NCBI GenBank assembly: GCA_963727775.1
Contig: CAVSHB010000002.1
Location: 32,001 to 96,000, forward strand
Source: an uncultured Nitrospiraceae bacterium
Lineage (GTDB): Bacteria > Nitrospirota > Thermodesulfovibrionia > Thermodesulfovibrionales > SM23-35
Length of the DNA: 64,000 nucleotides
Direction: 5' to 3'
Part shown: one piece after another, positions 1 to 10,311 of the stretch
Layout of the letters: every line of letters starts with the position of its first letter
Numbering within the stretch: the first letter of the stretch is position 1
Position numbers and translations under genes: made by a program
The notes under the pieces: generated by a model
Databases searched by the model: none
What the model was told of the DNA's origin: nothing
The model's input: the letters and a program-made list of their open reading frames with translations, nothing else

Positions 1-1103
<1,103 letters not shown>

Positions 1104-1225
1104 AAATTGTTTATTTTAATTATATACTGACCGCCTGTGCCTTGACAATAGTTTTTCATTATCTGCTACAGTATAGATTGAGTTAATTCTAAAGCAATAC
1201 TAAAATTTATGGGAGGATATCCGGT

Positions 1226-1894
1226 TTGGATTTTTCAAGCATTGCGAGGCAGATAATTGTATCGGCCTTTCCAATTCTGATAGCTATTGTATTTCACGAG
1301 CTTTCTCATGGTTTTGCGGCAAATAAATTAGGCGATCCTACCGCCAAAATGATGGGCAGGCTTACACTGAACCCTATTGCCCATATTGACCCGATTGGAA
1401 CAATATTAATGCCATTGATGCTTATAATATTTACAAACGGCCAATTTGTTTTTGGATATGCAAAACCTGTCCCAATAAACCCTATGAATTTTAAAAATCC
1501 CAGGAGGGACATGGCCATTTCGGCTTCTGCGGGTCCGATAACCAATATCATTCTGTCGATCTTAAGTATCCTTATTCTTAAATTCATAATGGCCCCCCTG
1601 TCGTTTTTACTGCCTGAATCGATCAGCTCGGCCATAATGACCCCTTTAATTATGATATTTCAGTCAAGTGTAGTAGTTAACGTCGTTCTTGCGGTATTCA
1701 ATATGATCCCGATACCTCCTCTCGACGGCGGAAGGGTATTAATGGGTTTTCTGCCTTACAAACAGGCAGTCACTTTCGGTAAAATCGAACCATTCGGTTT
1801 TATAATAGTTATTTTTCTTATCGCAACGGGCATAGCGAACTATTTTGTCATACCCATCATAAATCTGTTCTTGAGTGTTCTGCAATTAATTTAG
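1226..1894 (+). CDS. Site-2 protease family (M50) membrane metalloprotease
   Basis: HELSH zinc motif, NMIPIPPLDG motif, multiple TM segments; TTG start with GGGAGG RBS. Confidence 0.9.
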   Translation: MDFSSIARQIIVSAFPILIAIVFHELSHGFAANKLGDPTAKMMGRLTLNPIAHIDPIGTILMPLMLIIFTNGQFVFGYAKPVPINPMNFKNPRRDMAISASAGPITNIILSILSILILKFIMAPLSFLLPESISSAIMTPLIMIFQSSVVVNVVLAVFNMIPIPPLDGGRVLMGFLPYKQAVTFGKIEPFGFIIVIFLIATGIANYFVIPIINLFLSVLQLI

Positions 1895-2031
1895 ACCGAA
1901 ACAAATTATCAAAAACAATGGTATTATAATAATTCGAATTATTAAGAAAAAATTTCCTAATTCCCTTTGTTGCGTCCAATTCCGACCATAACAAGGGGAT
2001 ATTAAAGGATATTTGGTGAGGCAAAGGATAT

Positions 2032-3018
2032 ATGAATAAGGACAAAGTTTTAAGCGGAATGCAGGCGAGCGGCAAGCTTCATTTAGGAAACCTTGTAGGG
2101 GCTTTGAGCAATTGGGTAACGCTTCAGGACAAATACGAGTGTTACTATTTTATTGCCGACTGGCACTCTCTTACCACAGGATACGCGGACCCGTCGCATA
2201 TGAAGGAATCTACTAAAGACCTGCTGATTAATTATCTGGCTGCAGGTCTCGACCCGGAAAAATGTACGATATTCATACAGTCACGGGTTATTGAACATGC
2301 GGAGTTGCACCTGCTCCTTTCTATGATAACCCCCCTCGGCTGGCTCGAAAGGGTCCCGACATATAAAGAGAAGCAACAGGAGCTTAAGGATAGAGATCTA
2401 TCCACATATGGTTTCCTCGGCTATCCGTTGCTTCAGACCGCTGATATCATCATCTACAGGGCTAAGTATGTGCCTGTAGGTGTCGATCAGGTGCCGCATC
2501 TTGAGATAAGCCGGGAAGTTGCGAGGAGGTTCAATTATCTTTACAAAGAAATTTTTCCCGAACCCGAAGCCCTGCTTACCGAGTTTCCCAAAGTTGTCGG
2601 TACGGACGGAAGGAAGATGTCGAAGAGCTATGACAACGCGATCTATCTTTCCGACAGCCCTGAAGAGATTGAAAGGAAGATCAGGACGATGGTTACCGAC
2701 CCCGCAAGGGTGAAGAAGACCGACGTCGGAGATCCGGAATTATCTCCGGTGTATCATCTCCACAAGATTTTTTCTTCGAAGGAAGAGCAGGAATACATTG
2801 CTGACGGGTGCCGGACTGCGGGTATCGGATGTATAGAATGCAAAAAAATTCTTATTAAGAATGTCCTTAAGGTTATGGAGCCGATCTGGCAAAGACGGAA
2901 TGAACTCCTTCGGGATCCGGATATCCTTCAAGACATCGCAAACAAGGGTACGGAAAAGGCAAAGAAGGTAGCTGAAGAGACCATGCAACTTGTCCGGGAG
3001 GCAATGGGGCTTTATTAA
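2032..3018 (+). CDS. trpS: Tryptophan--tRNA ligase
   Basis: HLGN (HIGH-like), GYPLLQTADI, VPVGVDQ, KMSKS motifs. Confidence 0.97.
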   Translation: MNKDKVLSGMQASGKLHLGNLVGALSNWVTLQDKYECYYFIADWHSLTTGYADPSHMKESTKDLLINYLAAGLDPEKCTIFIQSRVIEHAELHLLLSMITPLGWLERVPTYKEKQQELKDRDLSTYGFLGYPLLQTADIIIYRAKYVPVGVDQVPHLEISREVARRFNYLYKEIFPEPEALLTEFPKVVGTDGRKMSKSYDNAIYLSDSPEEIERKIRTMVTDPARVKKTDVGDPELSPVYHLHKIFSSKEEQEYIADGCRTAGIGCIECKKILIKNVLKVMEPIWQRRNELLRDPDILQDIANKGTEKAKKVAEETMQLVREAMGLY

Positions 3019-3020
3019 TC

Positions 3021-3596
3021 ATGCAAGGGCAAGCCGCAAATAAAATACTCGGTGTTATAGGAAGTCCGCGCAAAAGGGGAAACACATATGCCCTAGTCTC
3101 CAAAATATTGGAGGGCGCTGAAAAAGAAGGCGCCTCTACAGAAATTCTTTTTCTCAATGATATGAATATCCGGGAGTGTGATGGATGTCATGTCTGCTGG
3201 AAAGGGAAACAGTGCAGTAAAAAAGACGATATGAATAATATTTATGCGAAGATTATTGATAGTGATATTATCGTTTTCGGTACTCCGGTATACTGGTACG
3301 GACCGACAGCGTTGATGAAATGTTTCATAGATCGTTTCGTCTACTTCAATTGCCCTGAGAACAGATCAAAGATCAGAGGCAAGTCTGCAGTGATAGCAAT
3401 TCCTTTCGAAGAAGAAAATCCAAAAACAGCCGATCTATTAATCAAGTTCTTTAAGAAAAGCCTTCAATATTTGGAGATGAAATTAGTCGGTAAAATCATA
3501 GTGCCCGGAGTCGGCAATAGGGGAGATATCTTAAAGAAAGCCGACCGCTTGGAATACGCCTACGAACTTGGGAAAAGACTGCCTCGATCTAAATAG
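3021..3596 (+). CDS. Iron-sulfur flavoprotein / flavodoxin-like FMN reductase family
   Basis: GSPRKRGNT, CDGCHVC-x5-C cluster motif, GTPVYW. Confidence 0.85.
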   Translation: MQGQAANKILGVIGSPRKRGNTYALVSKILEGAEKEGASTEILFLNDMNIRECDGCHVCWKGKQCSKKDDMNNIYAKIIDSDIIVFGTPVYWYGPTALMKCFIDRFVYFNCPENRSKIRGKSAVIAIPFEEENPKTADLLIKFFKKSLQYLEMKLVGKIIVPGVGNRGDILKKADRLEYAYELGKRLPRSK

Positions 3597-3646
3597 AATA
3601 TCTTAGACTGCCTTAGATTTCCTTCGCTGTTTTCGAGAGATGAATT

Positions 3647-5548
3647 TTATTGTTTTTTCTGAGCGTATCCTATTCTTTTGAGAGCGTCTTCCACTTCACC
3701 GAGAATAGACGGGTCATCAATCGTGGACGGCATAGTATAAGGCTCTGCGTTGGCGATCTTCCTCATTGTGCTTCTGAGTATCTTGCCGGACCGCGTTTTG
3801 GGGAGCCTCGTCACAACGACCGCCTCTCTAAAACAGGCGATAGGTCCTATTTCATTGCGCATCATCTGGACAAGCTCTTTCTTTAAGCCAACCTCATCTG
3901 TTGCCACTCCGGATTTAAGAACAACGAGTCCCAAAGGGAGTTGCCCTTTGAGAGGATCATTTGCCCCGATTACCGCGCACTCCGCAATATCCTGGTGCTG
4001 CGCCACGACCTCTTCCATAGCGCCTGTAGAAAGTCTGTGTCCCGCGACGTTAATGACGTCGTCAACCCTTCCCATGATATGAACATATCCGTCTTCATCC
4101 ATATACCCGCTGTCGCTTGTAAAGTAATAGCCGGGAAATATCTTCATGTACGATTCAATAAACCTTTCATCTGCGTTCCAGAGAGTCGGCAATGTCCCTG
4201 GAGGGAGGGGAAGCTTTACAACAACGAGCCCTTCCTCTCTTGTGCCGAGCCTTTGCCCGAGATTGTTGATTATCTGTACATCGTATCCGGGCACAGGTTT
4301 TGTGGAAGATCCGGGTTTGACGGGAAAATGTTCAATGCCCATGCAATTAGCGGTAATCGGCCATCCGGTCTCGGTCTGCCACCAGTGATCGATCACCGGT
4401 TTTTGCAGGAGTTCATGTGCCCAATGGTAAGTGTCGGGGTCTGTACGCTCACCGGCAAGGAAAAGGTATTTGAATCCAGAGAGGTCATATTTTTTTATAT
4501 AGTCACCGTTCGGATCCTCTTTCTTTATTGCTCTAAATGCAGTTGGAGCAGTGAACAGGGTCTTTACTCCGTGCTGAGAGATGACTCTCCAGAAGGCCCC
4601 CGGATCCGGAGTCCCAACGGATTTACCTTCATAGAGTATTGTCGTGCAACCGGTTAACAATGGACCGTAAACGATGTAAGAATGCCCGACTACCCATCCG
4701 ACATCAGACGCAGCCCAATATATTTCTCCCGGCTTTGTATCATAGATGTGTTCTATGCTCCATCTCAAAGATACGGCATGTCCGCCGTTGTCACGTACAA
4801 CTCCTTTCGGTTTTCCTGTAGTGCCGGAAGTGTAGAGGATGTAAAGCGGATCTGTTGCCTTTACAGGCACACAGGGGACGGGGTCTGCCTTGACCATAAG
4901 CTCGTCCCAGTCCAGATCACGGCCGGGAGTAAGTTCAGCCTTAAGAATATCCCTTTGGAAGATCACGCATTTCTCAGGTTTGTGAACTGCAAGATCAATC
5001 GCCTTATCGAGCAACGGTTTGTATTCAATGAGTCTTTTTGTCTCCATTGCGCCTGAAGCTGAAACGATGACTTTCGGTTTGGCGTCATTAATTCTGAGTG
5101 CAAGTTCGTGCGGAGCAAAGCCGCCGAATACGACTGAATGGACCGCTCCGAGCCGCGCACACGCGAGCATCGAAACAACAGCCTGCGGAATCATCGGCAT
5201 ATAGATAACGACTGTGTCCCCTTTGTGTACACCAAGGGTTTTCAAAACACCGGCAAAACGGGATACCTGATCAAGCAATTCACGATATGTAAATTTCTGT
5301 ATAGTTTTTGTTACCGGGCTGTCATAAATGAGCGCTGTTTGGTCGGCCCTTCCCCCTTCAACATGCCTGTCCAAAGCGTTGTAACAGGTGTTCAACTCAC
5401 CGCCGCTAAACCAGCGATAGAATGGCGGATTTGAAGCATCAAGGACTTTATCCCACTTCCTGTGCCATGTAATGGCTTCTGCGGCTTCGGCCCAGAAACC
5501 TTCAGGATCCTGAACGCTCCTCTGGAATATACCTTCATACTTCCCCAT
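3647..5548 (-). CDS. prpE: Propionyl-CoA synthetase / acetate-CoA ligase family
   Basis: YTSGTTGKPKG, DHWWQTETG, LPKTRSGKILR; PrpE-type WAASDVGWVVGHSYIVY. Confidence 0.85.
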   Translation of the reverse strand: MGKYEGIFQRSVQDPEGFWAEAAEAITWHRKWDKVLDASNPPFYRWFSGGELNTCYNALDRHVEGGRADQTALIYDSPVTKTIQKFTYRELLDQVSRFAGVLKTLGVHKGDTVVIYMPMIPQAVVSMLACARLGAVHSVVFGGFAPHELALRINDAKPKVIVSASGAMETKRLIEYKPLLDKAIDLAVHKPEKCVIFQRDILKAELTPGRDLDWDELMVKADPVPCVPVKATDPLYILYTSGTTGKPKGVVRDNGGHAVSLRWSIEHIYDTKPGEIYWAASDVGWVVGHSYIVYGPLLTGCTTILYEGKSVGTPDPGAFWRVISQHGVKTLFTAPTAFRAIKKEDPNGDYIKKYDLSGFKYLFLAGERTDPDTYHWAHELLQKPVIDHWWQTETGWPITANCMGIEHFPVKPGSSTKPVPGYDVQIINNLGQRLGTREEGLVVVKLPLPPGTLPTLWNADERFIESYMKIFPGYYFTSDSGYMDEDGYVHIMGRVDDVINVAGHRLSTGAMEEVVAQHQDIAECAVIGANDPLKGQLPLGLVVLKSGVATDEVGLKKELVQMMRNEIGPIACFREAVVVTRLPKTRSGKILRSTMRKIANAEPYTMPSTIDDPSILGEVEDALKRIGYAQKKQ

Positions 5549-5744
5549 CAGGTGCCTCCTTATTCGTTTTTAGAGCATATTTTTTATCTTATCACAAAAA
5601 ATGTTTTTAACTCAGCAACATCTATGGCCTGCCGCGATTTTATCGCTTGACAAATCGTTTCTTTATCCTACATAGTTATTTTAAATCTTTTAGGGCTTAT
5701 GAAAGCTTGTTAAAGATCAGTGCGAAAAAGCAGAAGGAGGAAGA

Positions 5745-6062
5745 ATGAGTACAAGGCTTTATGTCGGTAACATCTCCTTTAAGGCAACAGAGGATGATGT
5801 AAGGGACCTGTTTTCTCAGTCAGGTGAAGTTGTTTCCGTCAAGCTTATCAAAGATGCAGCTACTGGCAGGCTGAGAGGGTTTGGCTTTGTAGAGATGGCC
5901 TCAGATGACGATGCCCAAAAGGCTATTTCCAAGTTCAACGGAAATGCATTTATGGACAGGAACATTGTTGTTAATGAGGCAAAGCCGCAGGAAAGGCGGG
6001 AAAGATCCGGTGGCTACTCAAGAGATAAGGGTGGGTTTGGCGCAAGAGGGGGAAGAAGATAG
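5745..6062 (+). CDS. RRM-domain RNA-binding protein with Gly/Arg-rich tail
   Basis: RNP2 LYVGNI, RNP1 RGFGFVEM; strong AAGGAGG RBS. Confidence 0.93.
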   Translation: MSTRLYVGNISFKATEDDVRDLFSQSGEVVSVKLIKDAATGRLRGFGFVEMASDDDAQKAISKFNGNAFMDRNIVVNEAKPQERRERSGGYSRDKGGFGARGGRR

Positions 6063-6256
6063 GCATTTCCGAATAGGGATTATCCAGCCGACAAAGTCAG
6101 GATTTTTTAGAAGCATTGATACTTTAGAAAGGCCCAGTTCTTCAAAAACCACATCAGTTTTGGATTGGAAAAGGAAGAAAATGTTCTTTTTTGCGCTGAT
6201 AAGCGCCTTAAAATTGCCTTGTCCTTTGCTGATAGTTATTCGAGATGAACCTCATT

Positions 6257-6757
6257 TCAGTCTTTACGCCCTTTAAATATCTTTGCTTTTTTCTCTACCA
6301 TTGCTGCCAAATTTTGTCTGTAATCTTTCAGCCTTCGTGCCAGATTTGAATCTTTCTTTGCGATAATCTGGGCTGAAAGGATCGCAGCGTTCTTTGCTCC
6401 TGCTTTCCCTACCGCCATTGCAGCAACAGGGACACCGGCCGGCATCTGGACGGTTGAAAGAAGCGAGTCAAGTCCGCTCAGGGGTGAAGAATCGATAGGC
6501 ACTCCGATCACGGGGATGAGTGTATGTGCAGCAATAATTCCGGCCAGATGGGCTGCCATGCCTGCGCCTGCGATAATTACTTCAACGCCCTTTCCTTCAG
6601 CCTCCGATGCAAGTTTAATCGCGCGTGCAGGAGTCCTGTGTGCAGAGGCGATGGTCGTTTCATACGGGACCTTAAGTTTTTTTAGAATATCTTCTGCGCC
6701 CTCCATAATGGTATAGTCGGAATCACTCCCCATAATGATCAAAACTTGCGGTTTCAT
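6257..6757 (-). CDS. purE: N5-CAIR mutase / AIR carboxylase
   Basis: IMGSDSD, SAHRTP, AAHL, VQMPAGVPVA motifs. Confidence 0.95.
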   Translation of the reverse strand: MKPQVLIIMGSDSDYTIMEGAEDILKKLKVPYETTIASAHRTPARAIKLASEAEGKGVEVIIAGAGMAAHLAGIIAAHTLIPVIGVPIDSSPLSGLDSLLSTVQMPAGVPVAAMAVGKAGAKNAAILSAQIIAKKDSNLARRLKDYRQNLAAMVEKKAKIFKGRKD

Positions 6758-6776
6758 ATTTGCTCCTTATCCATAA

Positions 6777-8033
6777 TTATGTTTTACCGATATCTTCTCT
6801 ATAATACATCCCATCAAAGTGAATATTATCCACTGCGGCATATGCTTTTGCTCTGGCTTCTTTCATATCCGCTCCGATTGCCGTTACGCTGATGATTCTT
6901 CCGTCAGAGGTTACTATATTATTATTGTTGAATAATGTATTTTCGTGGAACACAACCGTATCATTTATGGCTTTGGGTTTTTCAAGTCCTGTAATAATCG
7001 ATCCCTTATGGCATTCACCCGAGTGGTCCTTGGATGAAATCACAACGCTCACTGATGATCCCTGAGGCCATTCTATAGCCGTAGCAGACAGCCTTTCTTC
7101 AATGATAGATAACACTATTTCAGTAAAGTCCGTTTTGAGCCTTGGGAGAACAGTCTGTGCTTCCTGATCTCCAAACCCGCAGGTGACTTCAGAAATATGA
7201 ATGCGGTCATTGTCGACTGCGAGATCCACAGAGATAGCGCCTCTATATTTTATGCCGTCTGAGTTGAGCGCCTTCAACAGAGGTATCATTACCTTTTCCA
7301 TTATAGTAGACTCAAGTTCCCTCGTAACGATCTTTACAGGACTGTATGCGCCCACAATTTTAGATCCTGAACCGGTATCATCGCCTGTGTCCCTATAAAT
7401 ACACAAACTGGCAAGCGGCAGTATGGTATTCCCGTCGGTTAAGCAAACAAAGGAGAGCCTTTCACCCTTCAGACGTTCTTCAATAATCACTTGCTTTCCC
7501 GCATCGCCAAGGATCTTGTCTTTCATCATGAGCTTGAGAATATTTATTGCGCCGTCAACGGAAGAAGCAACAAATACACCGTCATCTCCGGAATGTCCGG
7601 CAGCCTTTATTACTATCGGGGAGCCCTTTAATCTCACATAATCCTGTGCATCGGGGAATGATGTAAATACTTTGTATTCAGCTACCGGCAGCCGATGAAG
7701 CCTTGTAAGGTCTTTTGCAAATATCCTGCTTGAACTTACCCGGACAGCGGTACTGTTCGGGCCTAATATCTTGCAGCCTTCTCTTTCGAACGCGGGTACG
7801 ATGTCTCGCGGGAAAAGTTTCTCTGAGCCGACGATTGTAAAGTCAATCCATTCATACTTTACAAAGTCAATTAATGCCTTAAAGTTATTGGGACTTACAT
7901 CTATGCATTCTGCTATTTCGGATATGCCCGCATTTCCGGGACAACAATAGATATTGGTGATATGTTTACTCTGGGACAGTTTCCATGCAATTGCATGTTC
8001 TTTGCCTCCTCCACCGATGATCAATACTTTCAC
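6777..8033 (-). CDS. purD: PurD-like ATP-grasp protein with degenerate catalytic motifs (function uncertain)
   Basis: Colinear with GAR synthetase (GGGGKEHAIAW, PGNAG, GAYSP, REDIG) but signature motifs altered; see findings. Confidence 0.75.
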   Translation of the reverse strand: MKVLIIGGGGKEHAIAWKLSQSKHITNIYCCPGNAGISEIAECIDVSPNNFKALIDFVKYEWIDFTIVGSEKLFPRDIVPAFEREGCKILGPNSTAVRVSSSRIFAKDLTRLHRLPVAEYKVFTSFPDAQDYVRLKGSPIVIKAAGHSGDDGVFVASSVDGAINILKLMMKDKILGDAGKQVIIEERLKGERLSFVCLTDGNTILPLASLCIYRDTGDDTGSGSKIVGAYSPVKIVTRELESTIMEKVMIPLLKALNSDGIKYRGAISVDLAVDNDRIHISEVTCGFGDQEAQTVLPRLKTDFTEIVLSIIEERLSATAIEWPQGSSVSVVISSKDHSGECHKGSIITGLEKPKAINDTVVFHENTLFNNNNIVTSDGRIISVTAIGADMKEARAKAYAAVDNIHFDGMYYREDIGKT

Positions 8034-8047
8034 TTGGGATAGCCTAT

Positions 8048-8650
8048 TTATTTCTTTTCCGTTACCCGTGTGAGGTAATCGGCAATGATTGAATCGTATC
8101 TTGACGTGTGTTTAAATACCTTTTTTGCAAGTCTTAATTTCGTAGTATAATCCAGATTGCCGTCATGGTTCTTCATTTCAGTCAGGATAGAGTCATAATC
8201 AGACGGGTCTACTATAACGACGACATCCTGAAAGTTTTTTGCCGCAGACCGCAGCATTGCAGGCCCGCCTATGTCGATATTCTCTATGGCCTCTGCAAAT
8301 GAAATCCCGGGCTTTGAGATAGTCTCTTCAAAGGGATACAAGTTCACAACAACCATATCTATAGTGTCAATCCCATGCTTCTTTATTTCCTCCATGTCTT
8401 TTGGATTGTCCCTCCTTGAAAGTAGCCCACCATGAATTTTGGGGTGAAGGGTTTTTACTCTGCCGTCAAGCATTTCGGGCGATCCGGTGTGTTCTGAAAC
8501 ATCTTTAACCGATAAACCCGCATCCCGTAAGGCCTTTGCAGTCCCGCCGGTTGAAAGTATCTTAATCCCCATCGACTGGAGACCCTTTGCAAATTCGATA
8601 ACTCCTTTCTTATTCGATACACTTATCAAAACTGTTTTAATCTTTGACAT
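8048..8650 (-). CDS. purH: IMP cyclohydrolase (stand-alone N-terminal domain of PurH)
   Basis: [38 protein letters not shown]; only 200 aa, no AICAR transformylase domain. Confidence 0.85.
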   Translation of the reverse strand: MSKIKTVLISVSNKKGVIEFAKGLQSMGIKILSTGGTAKALRDAGLSVKDVSEHTGSPEMLDGRVKTLHPKIHGGLLSRRDNPKDMEEIKKHGIDTIDMVVVNLYPFEETISKPGISFAEAIENIDIGGPAMLRSAAKNFQDVVVIVDPSDYDSILTEMKNHDGNLDYTTKLRLAKKVFKHTSRYDSIIADYLTRVTEKK

Positions 8651-8658
8651 AATCCCTC

Positions 8659-9372
8659 CTATCCCTTAGCATTTCTTTGCGTCCCTTTCTTTATATATCC
8701 TTTTTCCATCATGCTTACATAATTGTTGTATCCTATAATGACGTGGTCCAGTACCTTTATCCCTATTATCTCCCCCGCATCAGCAAGCCTTTCAGTGATC
8801 GCAATATCTTCACGGCTCGGACTTGGGTCCCCGCTCGGGTGGTTATGGACAAATATAACAGACGCAGCGGACTCCTTTATTGCATCCTTGAAAGCCTCGC
8901 GCGGATGTATTAACGAATGAGTAAGGGTCCCTTCAGAGACACGACAGTCCCTGAGTATCCTGTTTTTTGCGTCAAGCATCGCACAGTGGAATACCTCTTT
9001 CTTCATGTTTTTCAGGCGCTGGTGATAGAAGGCATAAACGTCGTGGCCCGATGATAATGCAGGCCCTTTGTCGTAAGGTTTTTCATTAAGTCTTCTGCCG
9101 AGTTCAAAGGCGGCCTTGAGCTGAGCAACCTTTGCGTCACCCATCCCTTTGAAAGGAGCGAATTCCCCGGGAGACGCATTTTCGATCCTCTGTAAATCGG
9201 CAAAGGAGTTTAAAATCTCTATAGCAAGGTCAAGAGCGCTCTTGCCTCCTCCCCCGGTGCGGAGTATTATGGCAAGGAGTTGAGCATCTGAAAGATTATG
9301 GGCGCCATGTTTCAGAAGCCTTTCCCTCGGCCTTTCTCCTTCAGGCCATTTTTTAATACTCTGGTATCCCAT
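8659..9372 (-). CDS. radC: RadC/JAB domain protein
   Basis: RPRERL N-terminus, [21 protein letters not shown]. Confidence 0.95.
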   Translation of the reverse strand: MGYQSIKKWPEGERPRERLLKHGAHNLSDAQLLAIILRTGGGGKSALDLAIEILNSFADLQRIENASPGEFAPFKGMGDAKVAQLKAAFELGRRLNEKPYDKGPALSSGHDVYAFYHQRLKNMKKEVFHCAMLDAKNRILRDCRVSEGTLTHSLIHPREAFKDAIKESAASVIFVHNHPSGDPSPSREDIAITERLADAGEIIGIKVLDHVIIGYNNYVSMMEKGYIKKGTQRNAKG

Positions 9373-9570
9373 AAAGTAGGAAATTTTAGCATCTGTAACA
9401 ATTATAGGTAAAGGATTAATTGACGTAAAATATGTATAATGATAGCATAATAATGCATAAACGGGATTAATTAAGCATAGCCGAACACAAAGAATTTTCC
9501 GTTATCATAAATATTTTGATATTTGTGTTTAGATCAAATTTTGATAGAATTGTATCGTTACGGAGGTAGT

Positions 9571-10005
9571 ATGAAGCTGAGCATAAATGAAAGGCATCTT
9601 AATAACAAAAAAGGATTCACACTTGTTGAACTCATTGTCGTTATGGTTATCCTCGGAATGCTCGCGGCCCTTGTCTTTCCCAAGTTACTGCCGAAGGTAG
9701 GAAAAGGCAAGCAATCCGCTGCTAAAACGCAGATAGAGCTGCTCGGCCAGGCACTCGACCAATTCAGGCTCGACACCGGAAGATACCCGACTACGGCAGA
9801 AGGTTTGAATGTCCTTCAAACAGACCCGGGTCTCCCCGGCTGGGATGGTCCATATTTGAAAAAGGGCGTACCGAATGACCCGTGGGGCACGCCTTATCAC
9901 TATGAATCACCCGGCACCCACGGGGATTATGACCTCATTTCATACGGAGCCGACCGCGCACCAGGCGGAGAAGGTGAAGCTAAAGATATCAACAGCTGGG
10001 AATAA
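9571..10005 (+). CDS. gspG: Type II secretion major pseudopilin
   Basis: G|FTLVE prepilin site, WDGPYL, DPWG, SYGAD...DINSW; ATG 9571 follows GGAGG RBS (track start 9523 likely too long). Confidence 0.92.
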   Translation: MKLSINERHLNNKKGFTLVELIVVMVILGMLAALVFPKLLPKVGKGKQSAAKTQIELLGQALDQFRLDTGRYPTTAEGLNVLQTDPGLPGWDGPYLKKGVPNDPWGTPYHYESPGTHGDYDLISYGADRAPGGEGEAKDINSWE

Positions 10006-10021
10006 TGACTACAGTGATACG

Positions 10022-10040
10022 ACTGACGAATTTTGTCAGT
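10022..10040. promoter_or_regulatory. Palindromic candidate enhancer (UAS) for a sigma54 activator of the pilin gene
   Basis: ACTGAC-GAATTTT-GTCAGT inverted repeat ~140 bp upstream of the -24 element. Confidence 0.5.
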
Positions 10041-10114
10041 TAACGTACTTTAATGGGAGCTTTAGGAAGTGACGGCTTATAGAGTTATGATAGGCTCACA
10101 AAGTGGTGCCTTGC

Positions 10115-10127
10115 CAACCCATTGATT
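10115..10127 (-). promoter_or_regulatory. Candidate IHF binding site
   Basis: Minus strand AATCAA-TGGG-TTG matches WATCARNNNNTTR; lies between the UAS and the sigma54 promoter. Confidence 0.5.
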
Positions 10128-10176
10128 ATCTGTTATTTTTTAGTGTAGCATTAAGGCAGTATCCCTTTTCAGGGCT

Positions 10177-10192
10177 TGGCATAAAGATTGCA
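10177..10192 (+). promoter_or_regulatory. Sigma54 (-24/-12) promoter of the major pilin
   Basis: TGGCATAAAGATTGCA, exact GG-N10-GC spacing. Confidence 0.85.
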
Positions 10193-10311
10193 TGTTTAAA
10201 GTAAAGCGAATCTGAAGGAGGTGATGCTCTTAAGGTTTATCGGTCATCAGGTGGCAAATTGGTCATTGATTAATGACTGGAGATTAAAATTCATTAAGAA
10301 GGAGGGTTTAA

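Noticed and set aside
1895..2031. T-box leader for trpS
   Set aside because: Region is too short and lacks the T-box antiterminator consensus
8659..9372. radC as a marker of a mobile element or prophage
   Set aside because: Full-length chromosomal-type RadC in a housekeeping operon; no integrase, transposase or phage genes nearby
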